DNA of 11,985 bases from the NCBI GenBank assembly GCA_038279365.1, contig JAYODI010000124.1:1-11985 (forward strand), given 5' to 3'. Numbering within the stretch: position 1 is the first letter of the stretch; each line of letters begins with the position of its first letter. A program made the translations under genes and the position numbers. Shown in pieces: positions 1-6,858 of the stretch. This DNA is from Candidatus Latescibacterota bacterium. GTDB lineage: Bacteria > Latescibacterota > UBA2968. The notes under the pieces are model-generated. The model had not been told where the DNA came from, did not search any database, and was given only the letters and a program-made list of their open reading frames with translations.

Positions 1-1983
1 TAAGTGTACCAAAGTTTCAGAGAAGTTTTCGGGTTTGAGTTTAACTCCCAAATGGTGATACAAGCTTGAGCGCATAATAAAAACAACGGGTCCGATTTCT
101 TCACGAAGGGATCGGTTGTGAAAATCTTGCACAACACCAATGACTTTGCCTGGGTTGCTGTTGAAGGTAAATGATTTGTCAATGGGGTCATCCCAACCGA
201 GTTGTTTGACGGCGGTTTCGTTTAAGATATAAGCGTTAAAGCGGTCTGATTCAATGTCGGGTGAGAAGTTGCGGCCTGCAACAAGGTTCAATCCAAATGT
301 TTCAAAGAAGTCTTCGTCCACTTCATTTGTGGGCATACGCCATGTGTTGGGCGGAAATCCTTCGGGTTGTACGGTGCGAATGAATTCTTCACCTTGACCC
401 AGCTTAAAACGAAAGGCAGTGGTTTTGAGAATGTTGGGGTGTTGCTCAAACACTTCTTTGGCCATGTTGTAGCGAAAGGACAAGCGGTTTCCGTCTCGCG
501 GTCTGGTAACGCGATCTGTAACGAAGATGGGTACGGTGATGATTTGTGAGCCATCAAAACCTAATTTTTTGTTGCGCATGAAAGCCAATTGCTCATAAAT
601 GACCGTGGTGCCAATGATGAGCATGACCGATGCGGCAAATTGAAAAACAACCAAGCCTTTTCTGAGCCAAGCACCTTTGGCTTGGTTGGTAGAGAGGCCT
701 TTCATCACGACAATGGGTTGAAATGCTGAGAGATAAAAAGCAGGATAACTGCCCGCTAACAGACCCGTGAACAGGGTGAGGGCAATGAGGTAGAGGGGCA
801 TGAGACCGTGGAAGATGTCGGTAAAGTCTAATAGCCTACCAGAGAAATTGTTGAATGTGGGTAATACGATGCGAATAAGGAGGACTGCAAGAAGGAGTGC
901 TAAAAAGGAGAGCAACATAGATTCGCTGATGAATTGTCGAATGAGGCTGGTGCGATTGGCACCGACCACTTTGCGAATGCCCACTTCACGGGCACGGTGA
1001 ACGGAGCGTGCGGTGGAGAGGTTCATAAAGTTGATGCAGGCGATGATGAGAATGAAGATGGCCACCGTGATGAGCAAATAGACGGTGGTAATGTCACTGG
1101 AAATGGGCATGCCATAATCAGGAAAGGCGATAAGTTGCATGCCATAGTCTTCATATTCATACAAGTGCATACGGGTGAGCGGTTGTAAGTGATAGTCGTT
1201 CATTTTGCGAATTTGTGCCCCCATGTAGCGCTCAATGGCATCGGGCAATTTGGCTGAGAGTGCGTTGACATCCGTACTTGGTGCAAGGCTGATGAATGTT
1301 TGAATGGGGCGCACGTCATATTCGGCATGCCACTGGTTCCACCATTCTTCGGGTTCACCGGGTTTGACGGTGGCGGTCATAATGTCAAATTGGATAGACG
1401 ATTGTGTTGGAAAGTCGCGCATCACGCCAGTGATACGATAGGGTTTGGATTCGTGGTAGTTGTGGTCTAAGGTCAGTGTTTGCCCAATGGGATTTGTGTT
1501 GCCAAAAAGTTTAATGGACATTGTTTCGCTGATGACAATCGTTTCGGGGGTGTCAAAAACTGTGGCGGGGTTGCCATAGAGAAGCGGAATGGTGAAGACG
1601 TCAAAGATAGCAGGATCAACAATGGCAACCCATTGGTAAAAGCCTTTGTTGGTGTTCTGAGTGTCATAAACCCAGAAGTTGCGTTCCCAAATGCGGGTGG
1701 CGTGTTCAATTTCTGGAAAATCTTGTAATAAGGAGGGAACTAAGCGCCCAGATGATCCAGGATGTATAGATGCGCGGTCGCCTTCCATACGGGTTTCTCT
1801 TACCACGCGATAAATGCGGTCTTTGTTGGTGTGGTATTGGTCATATTGCCATTCATTTTGTACATAAAGCATAATGAGCATACAACAGGCCAACCCAATT
1901 GCCAGACCTAAGATATTGATAAATGAATAAGCTTTGTGACGCAGGAGATTTCTTGTGGCGATGAGGAGATGGTTTTTAATCAT
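1..1983 (-). CDS. ABC transporter permease, MacB/FtsX family (3' end truncated by the window edge)
   Basis: Not in the ORF track because the stop is outside the window. Manual translation from ATG at 1983 (preceded by GGAGA) gives an open frame to base 1: MIKNHLLIATRNLLRHKAYSFINILGLAIG...IACINFMNLSTARSVHRAREVGIRKVVGA...GSYPAFYLSAFQP...WLRKGLVVFQF. It is collinear with the neighbouring permease. Confidence 0.93.
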   Translation of the reverse strand, partial: MIKNHLLIATRNLLRHKAYSFINILGLAIGLACCMLIMLYVQNEWQYDQYHTNKDRIYRVVRETRMEGDRASIHPGSSGRLVPSLLQDFPEIEHATRIWERNFWVYDTQNTNKGFYQWVAIVDPAIFDVFTIPLLYGNPATVFDTPETIVISETMSIKLFGNTNPIGQTLTLDHNYHESKPYRITGVMRDFPTQSSIQFDIMTATVKPGEPEEWWNQWHAEYDVRPIQTFISLAPSTDVNALSAKLPDAIERYMGAQIRKMNDYHLQPLTRMHLYEYEDYGMQLIAFPDYGMPISSDITTVYLLITVAIFILIIACINFMNLSTARSVHRAREVGIRKVVGANRTSLIRQFISESMLLSFLALLLAVLLIRIVLPTFNNFSGRLLDFTDIFHGLMPLYLIALTLFTGLLAGSYPAFYLSAFQPIVVMKGLSTNQAKGAWLRKGLVVFQFAASVMLIIGTTVIYEQLAFMRNKKLGFDGSQIITVPIFVTDRVTRPRDGNRLSFRYNMAKEVFEQHPNILKTTAFRFKLGQGEEFIRTVQPEGFPPNTWRMPTNEVDEDFFETFGLNLVAGRNFSPDIESDRFNAYILNETAVKQLGWDDPIDKSFTFNSNPGKVIGVVQDFHNRSLREEIGPVVFIMRSSLYHHLGVKLKPENFSETLVHL

Positions 1984-2010
1984 GAATTTCTCCAAACAAG
2001 GGATGGGAAT

Positions 2011-4452
2011 TTACTCATATCGAACGGCATCCACAGGGTTGGCCCGAGCCGCTTTCAAGGCATGATACCCTACGGTGATGGTGGCAATGAGCAGGGCGAG
2101 AAAGCCGCTTAGGGCAAATGGCCACACATTGAGGGTGAGACGATAGGTGAAATTTTGAAGCCAGTTGTTCATGATCCAATAGGCAAGCGGCCAGGCAATG
2201 ATGTTGGCCAATAATACGAGGTTGGCAAAGTCGCGCGAAAGCAAGCCCACAATGTTGGGTTCTGATGCCCCGAGCACTTTGCGAATGCCTATTTCTTTGG
2301 TGCGTCGCTCGGCGGTAAATGCCGCCAGACCAAAAAGCCCCAAACAGGCCACCAGCACAGCAAGTATTGCAAAGGCATTAAATGTGCGTTCGAGGCGCAT
2401 GAGTGCACGATAGGCGGTCATCATGCGGTCTTCTAAAAAGGAAAATTCAAATTCTCTTTCGGGTAAGTAGCGGTTCCACACCCGTTCAAAATGGGCAAGG
2501 GTTTCAGAGAAATTGTCCATTTTTACTTTGAGTGCAATGTGTCGGTAAAATCCTGGGCTCATATAAATGAGCACGGGTTCAATATTGCCATGCAGGGAGT
2601 GAAGGTGAAAATCTTTTACCACACCAATGACGGTGCATGTTTGACCGTCTTCACCCAAAAATTCAATGGTTTGCCCCAAAGGATTCTTCCAGCCAAGCTG
2701 TCGAACGGCTGTTTCATTTAGGATGACTGCTTCTGTGCGATCAGATGAAAGGTCTGCCGAAAAATTTCTGCCTGCAATCAGGTCAATGTCTAAAAGTGAA
2801 AGGAATCCTTCGTCCACTTCTTGCACAAACCATCTCATTTCATGCCCATCTGCCAGGCGAAAATTTCGTTTGATTGGGCCGCCTCCTGTTGATTTGTCGC
2901 GTCCAATAGAGAACCGATAAGATGCGACTTTTTCTACATTGGGATGATCTGAAAAGGCGCGTTTGACAGGCCCCACATCCCAAGATAAACGGTCTTCGGG
3001 CGCACCGCCATGGGTGTTCCAATGCCGAGAAAAAATGGGCAGTGTGACCACTTGCTCTCGGTTAAATCCCATATCTTTGTTTTGGATATAAGTGAGTTGG
3101 TTGTGTACCACAACGGTGCAAATGATAAGTAAAATGGACATGGCAAATTGAAACATGACCAGACCTTTTCGCAACCAAACCCCACTGTGGCCCATGTTCT
3201 TGATGCCTTTAAGGGTTTCTACGGGGCGAAATGCCGACAACACAAAGGCCGGATAACTGCCCGCCATCAAACTGACCAACAACCAAAGGACAGGCAACAT
3301 TAGTAAGACGTAAAGATTTTGAAAGACCCCAAATGTTAAATCGCGTTCGACAAAACCATTAAAAGTGGGCAGGGCCAAAAAGGCCAAAAAACATCCCAAC
3401 AGGAGTGATAAGGCGGCTTGAATGAGCGACTCACTTAAAAACTGCCCAAAAAGTTGTTCACGATAGGCTCCCACCACTTTGCGCAACCCCACTTCGCGTG
3501 CCCGCAAGGTTGCACTTGCTGTGGATAGGTTCACAAAGTTGATGCAGGCAATGAGTAAAATGAATACGCCAATGGCGATGAGCGATATCACTTGGTCAAT
3601 GCTGCCGTTTGAGCGCAATTTGTAATCGGTTGTAGAATAAAGGTGTGCTCTTAATAAGGGTTGCAGATGAAAGGTGTTGGTTTGGCGGTCTTTTTCATTG
3701 AGACGTGTTTGAGCCAGTGCATTGAGTTTTTGAATAAGGGCAGGCATATTGGCATCTGTTCGTAACTTGAGATAGGTTTCGGCATGATACCCCAAACCAA
3801 CGGGTTGCCACGTTTCCCATCCTGGGCGAATCCACGCATCGTTTTGGAGCGAGAGTAAAAATTCTGCGTAAAGAGTTGATTGTTGGGGGAAATCTTTGAT
3901 GACACCTGTAACGGTATAAAGACCGGCAAGGTTGATGCTTGCAAGTTGAATGGCTTTGCCCAAAGGATCTTCCTGACCAAATATTTGTTGGGCGGTGGAT
4001 TCGGTTAAGACAATGCTTCCTGGGTTTGTGAGTGCTGTTTTTGGGTCACCTTGTATGAGTGGCAATGTGAGTACGTCAAAAATGTGGTTGTCTGTCAGGT
4101 AGCCCCATCGGTTAAATTTTTTGTCTCCATAAGTCATTAATACACCATTGCTCCAAATGCGTGTTGCAGTTTCTACTTCGGGCAGCGTGCTGGCGGCATC
4201 GGGGCCCAACATGCCCGGATTGTTTAAGACGTAGGTTTGTGTGTCTCCTGTGTTGGCTTGTGTTGCCCGAATGACGCGATATATACGGTCGGCATACTGA
4301 TGGTGACGATCTACTTGAAATTCGTTGTGAACATAAAGCCCAATTAAAATGGCTGCGGCCATGCCAATGTCCAAGCCGACCATGTTGATGAGGGTATATA
4401 CTTTGTTGCGCAAAAGATTGCGAATGGCAATGGTGAAGTAGTTTTTGAACAA
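2011..4452 (-). CDS. ABC transporter permease, MacB/FtsX family, 813 aa, two periplasmic + FtsX repeats
   Basis: TTG start after an AGGTGA SD-like sequence. Family motifs: FKNYFTIAIRNLLRNK, IACINFVNLSTA..RAREVGLRKVVGA, GSYPAF, ACLGLFGLAAFTAERRTKEIGIRKVLGAS, C-terminal ANPVDAVRYE. Confidence 0.95.
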   Translation of the reverse strand: MFKNYFTIAIRNLLRNKVYTLINMVGLDIGMAAAILIGLYVHNEFQVDRHHQYADRIYRVIRATQANTGDTQTYVLNNPGMLGPDAASTLPEVETATRIWSNGVLMTYGDKKFNRWGYLTDNHIFDVLTLPLIQGDPKTALTNPGSIVLTESTAQQIFGQEDPLGKAIQLASINLAGLYTVTGVIKDFPQQSTLYAEFLLSLQNDAWIRPGWETWQPVGLGYHAETYLKLRTDANMPALIQKLNALAQTRLNEKDRQTNTFHLQPLLRAHLYSTTDYKLRSNGSIDQVISLIAIGVFILLIACINFVNLSTASATLRAREVGLRKVVGAYREQLFGQFLSESLIQAALSLLLGCFLAFLALPTFNGFVERDLTFGVFQNLYVLLMLPVLWLLVSLMAGSYPAFVLSAFRPVETLKGIKNMGHSGVWLRKGLVMFQFAMSILLIICTVVVHNQLTYIQNKDMGFNREQVVTLPIFSRHWNTHGGAPEDRLSWDVGPVKRAFSDHPNVEKVASYRFSIGRDKSTGGGPIKRNFRLADGHEMRWFVQEVDEGFLSLLDIDLIAGRNFSADLSSDRTEAVILNETAVRQLGWKNPLGQTIEFLGEDGQTCTVIGVVKDFHLHSLHGNIEPVLIYMSPGFYRHIALKVKMDNFSETLAHFERVWNRYLPEREFEFSFLEDRMMTAYRALMRLERTFNAFAILAVLVACLGLFGLAAFTAERRTKEIGIRKVLGASEPNIVGLLSRDFANLVLLANIIAWPLAYWIMNNWLQNFTYRLTLNVWPFALSGFLALLIATITVGYHALKAARANPVDAVRYE

Positions 4453-4612
4453 GATATCACCTGCATTGTTTTATGATGGAATGAGACAACCTTATAAACC
4501 TATTAATAATACAAACCTGTGCCTCAATAGGTTTTGAATATAAAAAGTCCTCTTATTAACATGAGAAGTGGGCTTTGGTTCTTGTGACTATTCTGTTGTC
4601 GGTTTCCAAAAA

Positions 4613-4653
4613 TAAAACGCCGTCCTTCTCAATGTGAGATGGACGGCGTTTTA
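4613..4653 (-). terminator. Intrinsic terminator closing the sigma-factor/RNA-array transcript (possibly bidirectional)
   Basis: Inverted repeat TAAAACGCCGTCC-t-TCTCA / TGAGA-t-GGACGGCGTTTTA. On the minus strand it runs into TTTTATTTTT. Confidence 0.8.
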
Positions 4654-4659
4654 CATTTA

Positions 4660-4964
4660 AACCCCGGGGGGAAGGATGTGCGCCTTCCCCCCGAGTGCTG
4701 CCAGCCTTTTGCGAAGCGCACAGAACTTCGTGTCCAGGTCTGACAGGTTATTTTTATCCCGAGAGGAAAGATGTACGCCTTCCTCTCGGGTGCCCAACTG
4801 CCCTTTGCGAAGTGTACAGAACTTCGTGTCCAGATCTGATGGGCATAAATTTTGTGTGTGACGGTCCAAACAGGAAGCGCATCACTTGCTGCTTGGAAAC
4901 AGTTAGCCTTTTGTGTGTTGGATGCGCAACACCTAACGCCAGGTCCAACTGTGTTTGACCGCCA
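4660..4964 (-). ncRNA. Putative tandem array of three structured RNA units with kissing loops (4859-4964, 4753-4849, 4660-4749); family not recognised
   Basis: Two units are recognisable direct repeats (period 95-96 bp). The third has diverged in sequence but keeps the same fold and core. Compensatory changes occur in stems and in loop-loop pairs, and most stem mismatches become G-U on the minus strand. Confidence 0.7.
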
Positions 4965-4985
4965 TCAATTTATTGAGAAAGTGAA

Positions 4986-6089
4986 TTATGTCACTTCTCT
5001 TTTTGCTTTTAGAATGGCCAGTAACAAACGTTGAAAGCCACTTTTGAGTTTGGGGTCGGTTTCACGTTCTAAGGCTTGGGCCACTTTTTCAGGTGAAAAA
5101 CAGGTTAGATATTTTTTGACAGGCCAAACGTTGGTGAAATGTCGTCTGACTGTTTTACTGGAGTCAAACATGAGTTCAACAATGAGTGGCATAAATTCTT
5201 CTTGTTTGCGTTGTTCACTCACGTTGAGTTTAAGCAACTCGCGCATGGTGTATTTTCGAACTTTTTTATTTGGGTCATAGAGTGCTTTTTTGAGCAAGTT
5301 CACAACGTCTTCGGTTGGCAAGTCATTGTGAACATAACTGACCACGGCGCGGCGCGTTTGCCAATGAGGTTGTTGAAAGGCTTTTTGGAATCCTGAAATT
5401 CCCCGTGATCCAATTTGTTTTATTTTTTGGCGAATATCGCGTTGAAACATGTTGCTTCGGTTGGGATAGGCATTGAGCAGTTCAAAAACTTTTTCAGTAA
5501 AGTTTTCGCCGGGTGCGCCTTCTTTTAAAACGTCTTCGACCATGTGTATCATATCCTCTTTGAGTCGATTGCGGGCCTCATAAAGGCGGCGTTTGATGGT
5601 GCCAACGGGCACTTCTTGAATGTGCGCCACTTCTTGTTGTGAGTATCCGCTGATGTAATATAAGGTGACGGTTTCACGCTGTGTTTTGCTCAAGCGACCA
5701 ATGGCCGTTAAAACTTGTTCGCGCAATTCGGCCTGTTCTAAGTCGCTGTGTGGATTGAGCGATGATTCAGGTTCTTCAATGCTGTCGATGGTGACTGACC
5801 GTGCTTCGCGTTTGAGGTAATTGATGCAGCGGTGAATGGTGATGGAGCGCAACCACGCACCCAAACGGTTGGGGTCTTTTAAGTCGGCCAGCCGGTCAAA
5901 GGCTTCGACGAATGATGACTGTGTGAGGTCTTCGGCATCGTGAAAATTGCGCAGACGTGAGAGCGCCACACCAAAGACGGCATCTTTGTAGCGTTCAATG
6001 ATGGGGCCAAAAGCCTGTGGCCCGCCAGAGAGTGCCATATTCACAAGCGTTGTGTTATCTGGTGATGAGGATGTTTCCAACGCCTTCAT
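4986..6089 (-). CDS. ECF-type RNA polymerase sigma factor with a C-terminal HEAT-repeat-like extension (about 367 aa)
   Basis: Region 2: FHDAEDLTQSSFVEAF...LGAWLRSITIHRCINYLK. Region 4: LSKTQRETVTLYYISGYSQQEVA...PVGTIKRRLYEARNRLK. The C-terminal ~180 aa has HEAT-like units (FQQPHWQTRRAVV; ALYDPNKKVRK; LMFDSSKTVRR; ALERETDPKLK). ATG 6089 is preferred to TTG 6101, which lies inside the promoter motif. Confidence 0.9.
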   Translation of the reverse strand: MKALETSSSPDNTTLVNMALSGGPQAFGPIIERYKDAVFGVALSRLRNFHDAEDLTQSSFVEAFDRLADLKDPNRLGAWLRSITIHRCINYLKREARSVTIDSIEEPESSLNPHSDLEQAELREQVLTAIGRLSKTQRETVTLYYISGYSQQEVAHIQEVPVGTIKRRLYEARNRLKEDMIHMVEDVLKEGAPGENFTEKVFELLNAYPNRSNMFQRDIRQKIKQIGSRGISGFQKAFQQPHWQTRRAVVSYVHNDLPTEDVVNLLKKALYDPNKKVRKYTMRELLKLNVSEQRKQEEFMPLIVELMFDSSKTVRRHFTNVWPVKKYLTCFSPEKVAQALERETDPKLKSGFQRLLLAILKAKREVT

Positions 6090-6093
6090 AGGT

Positions 6094-6124
6094 AAAGTCA
6101 AATGGATGCCTCAAAAGGTTCGGT
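6094..6124 (-). promoter_or_regulatory. ECF-type promoter, copy 1 (probable autoregulatory promoter, near-leaderless sigma mRNA)
   Basis: Minus strand ACCGAACCTTTTG-N8-ATTTGACTTT-N4-ATG. The GAAC -35 box is typical of ECF promoters. The motif is repeated exactly 193 bp upstream. Confidence 0.7.
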
Positions 6125-6153
6125 AGATTTTTTTAAAATGTTTTCATTGCACT

Positions 6154-6282
6154 TTACAGATTGTATATACCAGCTTGATAGGGCTTTTGATCTTTAGTCC
6201 GAAGGACTTTTACTCTCTTAGCACCAGAATTTATTCCGGTGCGTTTGGTTGGGCCATTCCCAAAGTCATTTTTCAACCTCAT
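6154..6282 (-). other. Short transcribed unit behind promoter copy 2: 42-aa basic ORF and/or structured leader RNA
   Basis: The ATG sits at the same offset from the promoter as the sigma ATG. It reads MRLKNDFGNGPTKRTGINSGAKRVKVLRTKDQKPYQAGIYNL*. The region also has hairpins GCACCGGAA-UAAA-UUCUGGUGC, UUGGG-AAUGG-CCCAA and AGUCC-UUC-GGACU. Confidence 0.35.
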
Positions 6283-6286
6283 AAAC

Positions 6287-6317
6287 AAAGTCAAATAAGC
6301 ACAGCAAAAGGTTCGGT
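6287..6317 (-). promoter_or_regulatory. ECF-type promoter, copy 2
   Basis: ACCGAACCTTTTG-N8-ATTTGACTTT-N4-ATGA. The 13-bp and 10-bp boxes and their spacing are identical to copy 1, while the spacer sequence differs. Confidence 0.7.
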
Positions 6318-6430
6318 GAGGTATTGGATAAATCGATATTGGCTTGGTTTCTGGCTCAAAATAGCCCGTTTTTCATCGTTAGAAAAGGTTATTTTTCTTT
6401 GCAACGACATTGATCATTGATTCCCTAAAC

Positions 6431-6491
6431 AAAAAAACGCGGGCAACGTGCCACAGAAGAGGTTACTCCCCTATGGCAGGTCGCCCGCGTT
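6431..6491 (-). terminator. Long hairpin plus U-tract ending the sigma54-type mini-transcript
   Basis: Minus strand AACGCGGGCGACCUGCCAUAGGGGAG-UAAC-CUCUUCUGUGGCACGUUGCCCGCGUU followed by U5. The 26-position stem has 4 G-U pairs and one C-C mismatch. Confidence 0.8.
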
Positions 6492-6537
6492 ATCAGTGCG
6501 AGCAAAATGATTCTACCAATTGAATATGGATCTGGTT

Positions 6538-6615
6538 TTAAGAAGTGGGTGGCATGAGGAAGAACAACACACTCCAAATCAAAATTCCCGTCCAACGTGT
6601 ATATTTATGATTCAT
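6538..6615 (-). CDS. Small hydrophobic peptide, 25 aa (MNHKYTRWTGILIWSVLFFLMPPTS)
   Basis: Perfect AAGGAGG SD 8 nt before the ATG. Lies between a sigma54-type promoter and a terminator. Too short for the ORF track. Confidence 0.6.
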   Translation of the reverse strand: MNHKYTRWTGILIWSVLFFLMPPTS

Positions 6616-6651
6616 GATCGTTGCCTCCTTAAAGGGTCTAATGGTAAGGAT

Positions 6652-6667
6652 AGCAACTGGCGTGCCG
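6652..6667 (-). promoter_or_regulatory. Sigma54 (RpoN) -24/-12 promoter
   Basis: Minus strand cGGCACGCCAGTTGCT versus consensus TGGCACG-N4-TTGCW, with exact GG-N10-GC spacing. Confidence 0.75.
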
Positions 6668-6675
6668 AATCGTAA

Positions 6676-6693
6676 AAAGCTTGATATATCAAG
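6676..6693. promoter_or_regulatory. Palindrome CTTGATATATCAAG (6680-6693) / IHF-like site just upstream of the sigma54 promoter
   Basis: Perfect 14-bp palindrome. Minus strand TATCAAGCTTTTT is one mismatch from the IHF consensus WATCAANNNNTTR. Confidence 0.4.
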
Positions 6694-6754
6694 GATATTT
6701 CGAGTTTTAGAGGTGAAATCGCGTTATGGCTTCGTGTTTTCACCACGTTCTAAC

Positions 6755-6783
6755 TTGACCTTATTGCTTTGTGGCGGTATTTT
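6755..6783 (+). promoter_or_regulatory. Sigma70-type promoter for the flavoprotein gene
   Basis: TTGACC-N17-TATTTT, about 75 bp upstream of the likely start. Confidence 0.45.
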
Positions 6784-6858
6784 CAGGCCGATGCGTTTTT
6801 GAGGTATGTAATGTAATCCTTTGTGATGATTCATTGTGTTTTTGATAATGGGATGCTC

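Noticed and set aside
288-3980. Many small ORFs overlapping the permeases on either strand
   Set aside because: Shadow frames of long, recognisable genes.
4508-4524. Possible sigma54 promoter for the permeases (minus strand GGCACAGGTTTGTA)
   Set aside because: The -24 box is good, but there is no GC at the required GG-N10 spacing, so it is too weak to call.
4660-4964. CRISPR array, or a known tandem riboswitch/ribozyme (glycine, lysine, c-di-GMP, hammerhead)
   Set aside because: No identical repeats with unique spacers and no cas genes. I could not find the diagnostic cores (e.g. CUGAUGA/GAAA, AGUA/GAA loop E). An Rfam search is still needed.
4657-5034. Short ORFs over the repeat region (4657-4869, 4676-4861, 4695-4958, 4754-4948, 4852-5034)
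   Set aside because: No convincing SD, and the repeated peptides simply mirror the DNA repeat. Substitutions preserve base-pairing, which RNA structure explains better.
6175-6802. Plus-strand ORFs 6175-6420 and 6614-6802
   Set aside because: They are antisense to well-supported minus-strand promoters and mini-genes and show no recognisable protein features.
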